DNA from: an uncultured Desulfatibacillum sp.
GTDB lineage: Bacteria; Desulfobacterota; Desulfobacteria; Desulfobacterales; SpSt-501
Direction: 5' to 3'
Assembly (NCBI GenBank): GCA_964570965.1
Contig: CAZNAX010000003.1
Span: forward strand, 3,874-67,873
DNA: 64,000 nt
The stretch's first letter is position 1, and the number at the start of each line of letters is the position of its first letter. The translations under genes and the position numbers were made by a program. Under the pieces are notes generated by a model. The model was given only the letters and a program-made list of their open reading frames with translations. It made no database searches and had not been told where the DNA came from. Positions 35,897 through 44,539 of this stretch are shown in pieces.

Positions 35897-37741
35897 CTAT
35901 TTTTGGCGCAGCGCCGACATCTTCTGTTTTTCGCGCCGCACGGCCATTTTTTGTTTTTCGTTGAGAAGCCGCATCACTTCAGCCTCATTATGCTCGCGTT
36001 CGGCCGCTTCAATCGCCGCTTGCATTGAAGGCCCGCTCACCTGTTTCTGCCGTGTCTCCATGAACCGCCGCAAAAAGGCGCTACACCCTTTGTGCGTCCA
36101 ACTCTCATCGGTCATGGCCAACGCCACGAGGGTCTCTTTCAACGCGCCTTCTTCGATATTGGCCAGCAATTCCGGGAGTTGCTCCGGGGATTGGAAACGA
36201 TGCCGCAAGATGCTCTCCCCGGCTGATTTTAGCAGCGGAAGCGAAACGTATTCCAGGGCGTTGCTTTTGACTATCTCCGGGATCATTTCCGGAAATTGCA
36301 GCATCATGGCGATCACTTGTTGCTCGACCTGCTCATGGGTCCCCGCGCTCCGGCGTCCCGCAGCCGCAGGCGCTTGAACGCCAAGCCCCGGTGCTGCCAT
36401 CGGCTTAGCGCGGGTCTTGATTCGTTCAAGGATGGCCGTTTCATCCAGACCGATCCGCTCGGCCAGCTGTTTGACATACAGCGCCCGTGCGACGCTGTCG
36501 TTGATCGCCGATAGATACGGCTGCAGTTCCGAAACAATCCGGATCTTGCCCTCCGTGCTCAGCCCATGCTGCTGAACGGCCTGCTCCATCAAGAACGTGA
36601 TGACCCCGGGGGCATTCTGTGCGAGGCGTCGGAAGGCATCAACGCCATACGCCATCAAAAACGAATCGGGATCGTGTCCCTCCGGCAACACTAGAATATG
36701 GGTATCGGCCCGTTCCTCGCAATACACGTCTCCGCGCCGAAAATCCACGTGCTCTTTCCAGAAGAGATCGATGCAGCGCCGGGCCGAACGAATGCCGGCC
36801 TCGTCGGAGTCGTAAACAAGCACCATGCGCCCGGCATAGCGCGTCAACATCCGTATCTGTTCGGGGGTCAATGCGGTTCCCAGCGTGGCTACCGCATGGT
36901 TCACCCCGTTCTGATGCAGGGCGATCAAATCCAGATAGCCTTCGACTATGAATACGGACCCGGCCGTGCGGCAGGCATCCTTGGCCCGATCTAGACCATA
37001 AAGCACGCGACGCTTGGTGTAAACGAGTGTCTCGGGAGAGTTCAGATACTTCGGGGTGGAGTTATCCAACACTCGGCCCCCGAAGCCTACCACGCGAGCG
37101 CTTTCATCATGAATGGGGAAAATGATGCGATCTCGAAAGCGATCGTAGAAGCCGCTGCCTTCCCGGCGCGGGATCGCCAAACCCGCCTTTTCAAGCAGGC
37201 CCGGGGCGAATTTCTTGCGGCCGATGTGTCCCAGCAGAAAATCCCACCCCTTGGGTGCGTACCCCAGCCCAAACTGGTCAATGCTTTGGCGGGTCACCCC
37301 CCGTCGAGTGAGATAGTCCATAGCCGGCTTGCCGGCAGGCTGTTGCAGCAGCGCCTGCCGAAAAAAATCTGCGGCTAAACGGTTTAGTTCAAACAACGTA
37401 GCCTTTTCGCTCATCTGGCGCTGCGCCCGAGGCGACAGAGATCGCTCCGGAATCTCCACTCCACCGCGCGCGGCCAGACTGCGCAGGGCCTCGCCGAATC
37501 CGACACCGTCCCGCTTCATGACGAAGCTGAAGATGTCGCCCCCCGCGCCACACCCGAAGCAGTGATAAATCTGCTTATCGGGGCTCACCGTAAACGACGG
37601 CGTTTTTTCGGCGTGGAACGGACACAACCCGGAAAAATTTTTTCCGCTCTTCTTTAACACCACCGACTCGGCGATGACCTCTACGATGTCCAGCGCGTGC
37701 CGGATTTCGGTAATTTTATCTTCGGGAATATGGCCTGCCAA
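35897..37741 (-). CDS. dnaG: DNA primase DnaG
   Basis: 614 aa. Zinc finger '[32 protein letters not shown]', 'YLNSPET', Toprim '[10 protein letters not shown]' and 'LVYDSDEAG'. Confidence 0.95.
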   Translation of the reverse strand: MAGHIPEDKITEIRHALDIVEVIAESVVLKKSGKNFSGLCPFHAEKTPSFTVSPDKQIYHCFGCGAGGDIFSFVMKRDGVGFGEALRSLAARGGVEIPERSLSPRAQRQMSEKATLFELNRLAADFFRQALLQQPAGKPAMDYLTRRGVTRQSIDQFGLGYAPKGWDFLLGHIGRKKFAPGLLEKAGLAIPRREGSGFYDRFRDRIIFPIHDESARVVGFGGRVLDNSTPKYLNSPETLVYTKRRVLYGLDRAKDACRTAGSVFIVEGYLDLIALHQNGVNHAVATLGTALTPEQIRMLTRYAGRMVLVYDSDEAGIRSARRCIDLFWKEHVDFRRGDVYCEERADTHILVLPEGHDPDSFLMAYGVDAFRRLAQNAPGVITFLMEQAVQQHGLSTEGKIRIVSELQPYLSAINDSVARALYVKQLAERIGLDETAILERIKTRAKPMAAPGLGVQAPAAAGRRSAGTHEQVEQQVIAMMLQFPEMIPEIVKSNALEYVSLPLLKSAGESILRHRFQSPEQLPELLANIEEGALKETLVALAMTDESWTHKGCSAFLRRFMETRQKQVSGPSMQAAIEAAEREHNEAEVMRLLNEKQKMAVRREKQKMSALRQK

Positions 37742-37757
37742 GGCACGCCCTCCGCTC

Positions 37758-38510
37758 TCAGGCGCGAATCGGCGCGGCCGGCCGCGCTGACCGGGTCAGA
37801 GCCAAGGCCTCCTCAAAACTCAAGGCCCCGCTGTAAAGCGCTTTACCTGTGATAACTCCCGCCACCCCGACCGCTTCCAGTTCCAACAAACTGCGGATAT
37901 GCTCGAGCGTACCCACCCCGCCGGAGGCGATTACCGGAATATGAACGGAAGCAGCCAGCTTTCGGGTTTCCTCGATGCTCGGGCCGATCTGCATCCCATC
38001 CCGCTGAATGTCCGTAAAAATGAGCGTGCACACCCCCGCGCCCTCCAGTTGACGTGCCAAGTCTATCGCCGGCGTCTCTGTCGTTCGGGTCCAGCCTCGG
38101 ATCGCCACCCGCCCCTGACGGGCGTCAATGCCAACGGCAATTCGACCCGGATAGGCCCGGCAGGCTTCGCGGACGAAAGCGGGGTTTTCGATGGCGGCCG
38201 TACCGATGATCACGCGATGCGCACCCGCCTCCAAGCCCGCGGCCACCGCGCCGACATCGCGCATCCCTCCGCCCACCTGCACCGGGATTTCGACAGCTCG
38301 GATGATAGCGGCGATATGTCTTTGGTTGCAAGGCCTTCCCTGAACGGCGGCGTCCAAATCCACCACGTGCAGCATCCGCGCCCCGGCATCTGCCCAGCGC
38401 CGGGCGACTGCCTCCGGGTCGTTCGAGTATACGGTTTCGTCCTGCATTCGGCCCTGAAGCAACCGAACGCATTTGCCGTCCTTTAGATCGATGGCGGGAA
38501 TAACCAGCAT
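37758..38510 (-). CDS. hisA: phosphoribosylformimino-AICAR-phosphate isomerase HisA
   Basis: Start moved to ATG 38508-38510 (MLVIPAIDLKDGKCVRLLQG). 'HVVDLDAA', 'VQVGGGMR', 'IFTDIQRDG', 'VIASGGV'. Confidence 0.9.
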   Translation of the reverse strand: MLVIPAIDLKDGKCVRLLQGRMQDETVYSNDPEAVARRWADAGARMLHVVDLDAAVQGRPCNQRHIAAIIRAVEIPVQVGGGMRDVGAVAAGLEAGAHRVIIGTAAIENPAFVREACRAYPGRIAVGIDARQGRVAIRGWTRTTETPAIDLARQLEGAGVCTLIFTDIQRDGMQIGPSIEETRKLAASVHIPVIASGGVGTLEHIRSLLELEAVGVAGVITGKALYSGALSFEEALALTRSARPAAPIRA

Positions 38511-38556
38511 GGTGACGTCGCCAATTCTAAATGGAAAGGGTGGATGGAAAATCGGC

Positions 38557-39144
38557 CTAAAGCATGCCCTTGGAAGATCGCACACCGCCGATGCGTTCAT
38601 CCATGCTCACGGCTTGCCGGAGCGCACGCCCGAAGGATTTAAAGATGGCCTCCAGGATATGGTGTTCGTTTTCCCCGTAAGGCACGGTGATGTGGAGGTT
38701 CATTCCGACATGATTGGCCAACGCTCTGAAAAATTCCTTGGCCAGGCTGCGATTGAAAACCCGGCCCGTCGCCTCGCTGGACGGGACTTGAAATACCAGG
38801 TAGGGTCGCCGCGACAGATCGATGGTCACCATGGCCAACGCATCGTCCATCGGCGTGACGGCAAACCCGTATCGGCGTATCCCGTTGCGATCGCCCAGGG
38901 CTGTTTGAATCGCGTCGCCCAAAACGATGCCGACATCCTCGACCGTGTGGTGGGAATCGACCTCAAGATCGCCCTGGGCGTGGAGCGTCACATCGACGAA
39001 GCCGTGAATCCCGAACAACGTCAGCATGTGATCGAGAAAAGGGATGCCGGTGGTGACCTGGGGGGGGGCCACCCCGTCGAGGTCCAGGGTGACACGGACG
39101 GCGGTTTCCCGGGTCCTTCGTTCCAATTCGGCTTTGCGATTCAT
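38557..39144 (-). CDS. hisB: imidazoleglycerol-phosphate dehydratase HisB
   Basis: 195 aa. 'RRTRETAVRVTLDLDG', 'TGIPFLDHML', 'DSHHTVEDVGIVLG', 'GENEHHILEAIFKSFGRALR'. Confidence 0.93.
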   Translation of the reverse strand: MNRKAELERRTRETAVRVTLDLDGVAPPQVTTGIPFLDHMLTLFGIHGFVDVTLHAQGDLEVDSHHTVEDVGIVLGDAIQTALGDRNGIRRYGFAVTPMDDALAMVTIDLSRRPYLVFQVPSSEATGRVFNRSLAKEFFRALANHVGMNLHITVPYGENEHHILEAIFKSFGRALRQAVSMDERIGGVRSSKGML

Positions 39145-39368
39145 GATCGTTGGCTGCTTTCTGGTCTTCGATGCCGTTCAAATGTCTGCCGGCGGGGCGC
39201 CTGAACCTGCCAAAAAATTCGGGCGGCCCTGGCAAGACCACCCGATATGGGGTTTGAAGGCGGGGCGCCCACTGCGCGGCCGACAAAACCATTTTCTATT
39301 TTCAGGTCCGTGTGCTATACAGTCGATCCTTAGCAATTTCATTCCGAACGGGATGTTCCATTTAAAAG

Positions 39369-39441
39369 TGGAGATGAGGGGGATCGAACCCCTGACCTCG
39401 GCGTTGCGAACGCCGCGCTCTCCCGGCTGAGCTACATCCCC
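39369..39441 (-). tRNA. tRNA-Ala (CGC)
   Basis: GGGGATGTAGCTCAGCCGGGAGAGCGCGGCGTTCGCAACGCCGAGGTCAGGGGTTCGATCCCCCTCATCTCCA. 73 nt, anticodon CGC at positions 34-36, G3:U70 alanine identity pair present. Confidence 0.95.
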
Positions 39442-39578
39442 ACACAAATTTTCTGTCTAACAAATTATTTACACCTGGTCAACGGAAAATAACACATTTT
39501 TCGAAGCGGTTGGCCAAACCCGACTGCCGCCAGCATCGGACGCCGGGCGGGGTGAGGCGTTTCAAAAGGGAGTCTGTG

Positions 39579-41303
39579 ATGCAGGAATTAAAGTTGGCCG
39601 ATGCGTTTAAAACCTTCACCCGAGACCAGGACAAGGTGCTCCCTCCCGAAGAAACTCTCAGGCGGTTTCGCGCCAGGCTCCAAGCGGGGCAATTAGACCT
39701 TCTCGAGGCTACGATTCGAATTGATAACGGCCGCCTCGGCATTCCGGTCTATTTGAGCCGTTGTGGCCTGGATGCGCAACGTGTCATCGGTACGCGCAAA
39801 CAAATGGGAAAAGGGGCTACACCGCCGCAGGCCGAGGCCAGCGCCGTGATGGAACTGGCCGAGCGGTTCAGCCTGTTCAGTTTCATGCAAGATCCGACCA
39901 ATTTCACCTGTGGCCCGATGACCGCCCTCCGCGAACCGGCCATCCCTTTCGAGGCGATCGCCCGTTCGGTTCACGATGCCTCGGAAGACCTGCCGAAGAG
40001 TCGACAGATCTTCGAATCCCTTTCTTTCAAATGGACCCGGGCGTTCAATCTGACCCGGGGACAGGCCGTCCTGATTCCATTCGATTGGTTTTTCGGCATC
40101 AACGAGTTCAATGGATCCTCCGCGGGCAATTGCAAAGAGGAGGCCATTTTGCAGGGCATCTGCGAAATCGTTGAACGTCACGTGTCATCCATTATCAGCC
40201 ATGAGCAACGCCGCGTTCCTGCAATCCGCCCTGAATCCGCACAAGATCCCCTGGTGGTCGACATGCTGGATCGATATCGCCAGTGCGGCATCCGCCTGTA
40301 TATCTCGGATTTCACCCTCGACACCGGAATCCCCACCGTGGGCGTGCTGGCATACGATCCTCAAACCCATCCGGCAGTGAGTGAAATCGTCTGGACCGCC
40401 GGTACCACGCCCAGCCCGGAAAAAGCGTTGAGTCGGGCGCTTACCGAGGTGGCCCAATTGGCCGGCGATTTCAATACCGGTGCCAACTATGTCGCCAGCG
40501 GACTTCCCAAGTTTCGAAATATTGCGGATGCGCGTTACGTGACCCATCCCGGCTCCGAAATCGACTTGGCCAGCCTGCCGGACGTGTCGAACCCCAACAT
40601 TCGCATGGAAATCGAAAGCTGCGTCCAGGCATTGGCCCGACGCGGGCTCGAGGTGTTCTTGGTCGATACCCAGCACCCCGGAATTCAAGTCCCCGCGTAT
40701 TACACCATTGTACCGGGCGCGCATTTTCGGGAACGATCAAGAAGCACCAGCGTGCTGATGTTCGCGGCCAAGCATGCCGTCGAAACCCTGGCGACCCGCG
40801 AGGCGACCACCACGCTGGAACGCATCGATGCGGTCCTGCCCGGGAAATATTTCGTTCAATTTTATCTCGGCCTGACTCGGCTGAAGGCGGCTGAACCGGA
40901 ATCGGCGGTTGCTTATTTTCGACGCGCTTTGGAATTAAACCCCGAACCAGCGGAAACGCCGAGCATATATAGTTACATGGGAGTCGCTCTGAAAAATATC
41001 GGCCGATTTGACGAGGCACTCGGATTTCTGCACAAAGGGCTGGAACTCGACCCGGATCGTACGGATATCCACAACCTGATCGGGTTCTGCCACTTTAAAC
41101 GCGGGGAGCATGAGGCGGCGGTGGCAGCCTTTAAGCGGGTGATCGAGTTGGATCCAAGCTCCGCCATCGACCACGCCAACCTCGGTGTCAATTATCAAGC
41201 CCTGGGGCAAGCAGACAAGGCCAGAGACTGCTATCGGTTGGCCCTAAGCCTCGATCCTGGAATCGGTTTTGCCCGCGCGCGTCTGTCTCAACTGGACCGC
41301 TGA
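39579..41303 (+). CDS. YcaO-domain protein fused to C-terminal TPR repeats
   Basis: Start set to ATG 39579 (AAGGGAG SD). 'GTRKQMGKGATPPQAEASAVMELAERFS' matches the YcaO ATP-binding core. The C-terminal ~140 aa are TPRs ('AVAYFRRALELNP', 'IGFCHFKRGEHEAAVAAFKRVIELDP', 'ARDCYRLALSLDP'). Confidence 0.8.
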   Translation: MQELKLADAFKTFTRDQDKVLPPEETLRRFRARLQAGQLDLLEATIRIDNGRLGIPVYLSRCGLDAQRVIGTRKQMGKGATPPQAEASAVMELAERFSLFSFMQDPTNFTCGPMTALREPAIPFEAIARSVHDASEDLPKSRQIFESLSFKWTRAFNLTRGQAVLIPFDWFFGINEFNGSSAGNCKEEAILQGICEIVERHVSSIISHEQRRVPAIRPESAQDPLVVDMLDRYRQCGIRLYISDFTLDTGIPTVGVLAYDPQTHPAVSEIVWTAGTTPSPEKALSRALTEVAQLAGDFNTGANYVASGLPKFRNIADARYVTHPGSEIDLASLPDVSNPNIRMEIESCVQALARRGLEVFLVDTQHPGIQVPAYYTIVPGAHFRERSRSTSVLMFAAKHAVETLATREATTTLERIDAVLPGKYFVQFYLGLTRLKAAEPESAVAYFRRALELNPEPAETPSIYSYMGVALKNIGRFDEALGFLHKGLELDPDRTDIHNLIGFCHFKRGEHEAAVAAFKRVIELDPSSAIDHANLGVNYQALGQADKARDCYRLALSLDPGIGFARARLSQLDR

Positions 41304-41315
41304 AGCCCGGCCCGC

Positions 41316-43574
41316 TCAAGCGCCGGAGGGCGCCGCACCGGCAAGGCCCGCTTTCAGCCGTGCGAGCGCCTTGCCGATTTTCTGACAGCGCATATGCATG
41401 TCGGCCAGCAGGGCGGCAGCTCTTGCTTTATCGTCTTGTCGAGTGCCCAAACGCTCCGCCAACATGCCAAAATCGGCCGAATAGGCCTGAAGCTGCTGGG
41501 TCATTGCCTCCTCGAAGCGCTGGGCGACGGTCTCGGCCAGGCGAAACAGGTACCGGAACTTGATGTTCTCCTGATAATCCTTCAGGTGGAACTCCAGGGA
41601 CTGGCGGGTTTCGCGTTTAATCACCCGCATGGCTTCCTGTAGCGCCCGCGCATCGCCCTCGCCGTGCTTCACCGGCTTTTTCATAATTTTTTTAAAACCG
41701 CTTACCGTTCGGTAGAACCCCCGTCGCAGGACCGCTTCGGTTCGGATCCGAGCGGAATAACCGATGGTCGTGGACAAGGGGGGGATGCTGAGCCCAGCAT
41801 GGCGCAACAGATTTTCGATATTTGGCAGGCCGATGCTTTCCGGACCGGTGCCGTCGACCGCAATGCCCAGCTGGGCCATGAGGCTGCGAAACTCCGTGTA
41901 GGCGTCGCCGATCAGACTTTGATAGGGCGCTGCAACGGACTCCAGCGCGTCCCGGATTTTGATCTCCTCCGTGGCGATGAACCGGATGATCTCCGGGTTG
42001 ATGTGCTCGGTGATGAATGAATCCAGCGCCTGCTTGAACACCTGGAACACCTGGTACAAGGTCTGGAAAAATCCTGAACAGCGCAACCGCTCCGCATAAC
42101 TGTCCGGCGCCAGCCGATAGCCGGATATGAAGGCGTTGATGGAAGCCATGATCTCGCCGGAGCCCGGCGTAAGAAAGCGGTTGACGTCCCCGGCGACTGC
42201 CTGTTTGATCGTGGGTCCCACTCCGGACAGCGCACTCTGCAAGGCCGATAGAATTTGCCCGAATCGCTGCTGATGACGTCGAATGCGATCAACGATCTCG
42301 CGGGCATCGGCGGCATCGCGCGAGAGCAGATCGCGGTTGACCCCGATCCAGTGGGACATGCCGGCGGAGATGCTGCCGAGTCGTTCGATGGGATTCTGCA
42401 ACAGAAGCGTATACTGCTGGCGCTCCAGGATTCGATGCAAGGCGGTGGTGAACCGGCGGCTCTCTTGATCTGAAAAGCGCACGAGGTCGATTTCGGCTTT
42501 CCAATGCTCCAGCCGGCGCCGGTCACGCTCCGTCAAACTGCCGTCCAGGGCGCTGAAGAGGTTGAACAGAGCGGAAAAGGCGTAAACCTCCGGCTGCGGA
42601 CGAATGAGCGCCAGCTCCTCGGAAACCCGGACCACCAGGGTTTTCAGATCCTCGAGAGACGGGTGTTCGCTGAAATCGCAGTTCACGACGAAGAGAATGC
42701 TGTCGAGGATGCCCATCTTCTTGATCATGGCAAGAAACTTGATGTCGGCACGACGCAGACCGGTGCGGCTGCTGATGACGTATATCAGCAAGTGCGCCGA
42801 CCGCAGGTAGTCCTGGATCATGGCCAGATGCAGGGGGTTGGAGGAGTCACTGCCCTGGCAGTCCGCGACTTCGATGTTGCCCCCCACGGCACCGGAATGG
42901 ATATCGAGCTGGATGTCCCGTAGGTATACCGCCAGGGATTCGTTCCCGGTGAACTTCCAATGCTCCATGAACCGTTCGGCCTCGTAATGCTGAACGGCCT
43001 GACGGTCGGTCAGGAGGGAGCGAACGGCCTCGTACCCTCTCAGGTAGCAGGAAATCAGCACCATATTATGGTTGCGAGCGTCTTCGGAAATCCGCAGGTC
43101 AGCGTTTAATGCATTCAGTGCCTCGTGAAGCTCGGCACGCTCCTGTTCCCGGCGGATATCGAATCGATCCTCGGCCGATCGCCAGTGAAGCGACGGAAAC
43201 AGCACCAGGGCCTGCTCCATGTCGGCGTTGACTTCGCTCCAGGACTTGTAATACAGGGTCGCCTTCAAGCGTTCGCCCGCGCGCACCCGCGTCACGATCG
43301 AAGTGACCACGCCCGCGCCGCGCTTCAGAAAATCGCCCTTGAGCCAGGCGTTGAGGAAGGTGCTCTTGCCGGATTTGATGGGACCCACCACGCCGACGCG
43401 GATGGTGGGCTCGTTTAGCTGCCCGGGCAAGGTGGCGCAGGTTTTCTCCCAATCCCCAAAGCCGACATCCGCAAGCCCGGGAATCGATCGGGCCGCCTGG
43501 AAGAGTGCGCGCACATCCTGATTGATCTGCAATAAGTTGCTTTTCTGAAGACCGTAACCATCCATGGCCGTCAT
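41316..43574 (-). CDS. dynamin-family-like large P-loop GTPase
   Basis: About 750 aa. 'IRVGVVGPIKSGKSTFLNAWL' (G1), 'VADCQGSDS' (DxxG), long helical C-terminal region. The G4 motif is not canonical. The ORF-track M1 is GTG; ATG at 43572-43574 is used. Confidence 0.65.
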   Translation of the reverse strand: MTAMDGYGLQKSNLLQINQDVRALFQAARSIPGLADVGFGDWEKTCATLPGQLNEPTIRVGVVGPIKSGKSTFLNAWLKGDFLKRGAGVVTSIVTRVRAGERLKATLYYKSWSEVNADMEQALVLFPSLHWRSAEDRFDIRREQERAELHEALNALNADLRISEDARNHNMVLISCYLRGYEAVRSLLTDRQAVQHYEAERFMEHWKFTGNESLAVYLRDIQLDIHSGAVGGNIEVADCQGSDSSNPLHLAMIQDYLRSAHLLIYVISSRTGLRRADIKFLAMIKKMGILDSILFVVNCDFSEHPSLEDLKTLVVRVSEELALIRPQPEVYAFSALFNLFSALDGSLTERDRRRLEHWKAEIDLVRFSDQESRRFTTALHRILERQQYTLLLQNPIERLGSISAGMSHWIGVNRDLLSRDAADAREIVDRIRRHQQRFGQILSALQSALSGVGPTIKQAVAGDVNRFLTPGSGEIMASINAFISGYRLAPDSYAERLRCSGFFQTLYQVFQVFKQALDSFITEHINPEIIRFIATEEIKIRDALESVAAPYQSLIGDAYTEFRSLMAQLGIAVDGTGPESIGLPNIENLLRHAGLSIPPLSTTIGYSARIRTEAVLRRGFYRTVSGFKKIMKKPVKHGEGDARALQEAMRVIKRETRQSLEFHLKDYQENIKFRYLFRLAETVAQRFEEAMTQQLQAYSADFGMLAERLGTRQDDKARAAALLADMHMRCQKIGKALARLKAGLAGAAPSGA

Positions 43575-43759
43575 CACCGTCGTTTCCGGTCTGCCCCAGG
43601 AACCCGGCGGCTCCCGGCGGGCAGCGAGTTACGCTATCGCCTTGTAAGTAATTTCTAACTGTGGTATAGGTTCCGCCACGAGGTCAAGAGATGGCGGCAC
43701 CCCGGTCGACTGTCAGCGCATCGACGAGGAGCCATCGACCGCAAGGGGAATGTCGGTGT

Positions 43760-43906
43760 ATGTCCGAGAAACATCCTGAATGCCCTCTCTACAACCCGCT
43801 CAACTGCAAAGAATACTACAATCCCAAACTGTGTGCGTTTGTCCGAAGGGACAAGGCCTGTCTCAAGAAGAAGAAGCCGAAAACCAAGGAAGTCAGCAAG
43901 GACTGA
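43760..43906 (+). CDS. possible small Cys-rich, Lys-tailed protein (48 aa)
   Basis: MSEKHPECPLYNPLNCKEYYNPKLCAFVRRDKACLKKKKPKTKEVSKD. Four Cys at regular spacing, an internal YNPxxC repeat, an AAGGGGA purine tract upstream, and a TTGTAA-17-TATAGG promoter-like element about 75 nt upstream. No homolog recognised. Confidence 0.35.
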   Translation: MSEKHPECPLYNPLNCKEYYNPKLCAFVRRDKACLKKKKPKTKEVSKD

Positions 43907-43914
43907 CTCGCGTC

Positions 43915-44484
43915 TCACGCGTGACCGGCGGTGCCCGATAGCATGGCCGGGTTGACCCCAATTCTGCGCAGCGTCTCCTCCCAGCGCACCGCCACTGGGA
44001 GAAGGAAAATGGAGTCCTCGAACACCGGATGGGTCAACCAGGCATTCTCTTTTATTTCGGCTTCCAACTGACCCGGGCCCCATCCGGCACAGCCCAAGCT
44101 GATCAGGAACGCCTCTGGCCCGCGCTGGGCGGCAATGGCTTCGAGAATATCCCGAGTGTTGGTTAGCGCCAGAGACGGCGTCACCATCAATGAAGCTTCC
44201 CATTCAAACGGCCGGCCGTGGAGAATGAACAGCTCGCCGCTGTGCACGGGACCTCCGGCGTGAATCGCGACCGCCTCGGGGTGCATCCCGCCCTTGATTG
44301 ACAATTCGTCGAAGATATCCTGGATGTGAAGGTCGTCATGGACGCGGTTGACCACGATTCCCATAGCCCCCTGCTCGTTGTGTTCGCAGATGCAGGTGAC
44401 CGTCTGTGAAAAATTGGGGTCGGCCAGCCCGGGCATCGCCACGAGGAAATGTCCCTTCAGGGAACCGGCGTAAATACTCGACAT
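43915..44484 (-). CDS. YqgE/AlgH-family (UPF0301) protein
   Basis: 'GHFLVAMPGLADPNFSQTVTCICEHNEQGAMGIVVNR' and 'GGPVHSGELFILH'. Start moved to ATG 44482-44484 (GGAG SD), which avoids overlap with the cyclase gene. Confidence 0.85.
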   Translation of the reverse strand: MSSIYAGSLKGHFLVAMPGLADPNFSQTVTCICEHNEQGAMGIVVNRVHDDLHIQDIFDELSIKGGMHPEAVAIHAGGPVHSGELFILHGRPFEWEASLMVTPSLALTNTRDILEAIAAQRGPEAFLISLGCAGWGPGQLEAEIKENAWLTHPVFEDSIFLLPVAVRWEETLRRIGVNPAMLSGTAGHA

Positions 44485-44539
44485 TTCGTCTCCAAGCGAA
44501 TCGGGGAAAAAGTCGTCGAAAGAAGGAAGCCTAAAGGGA

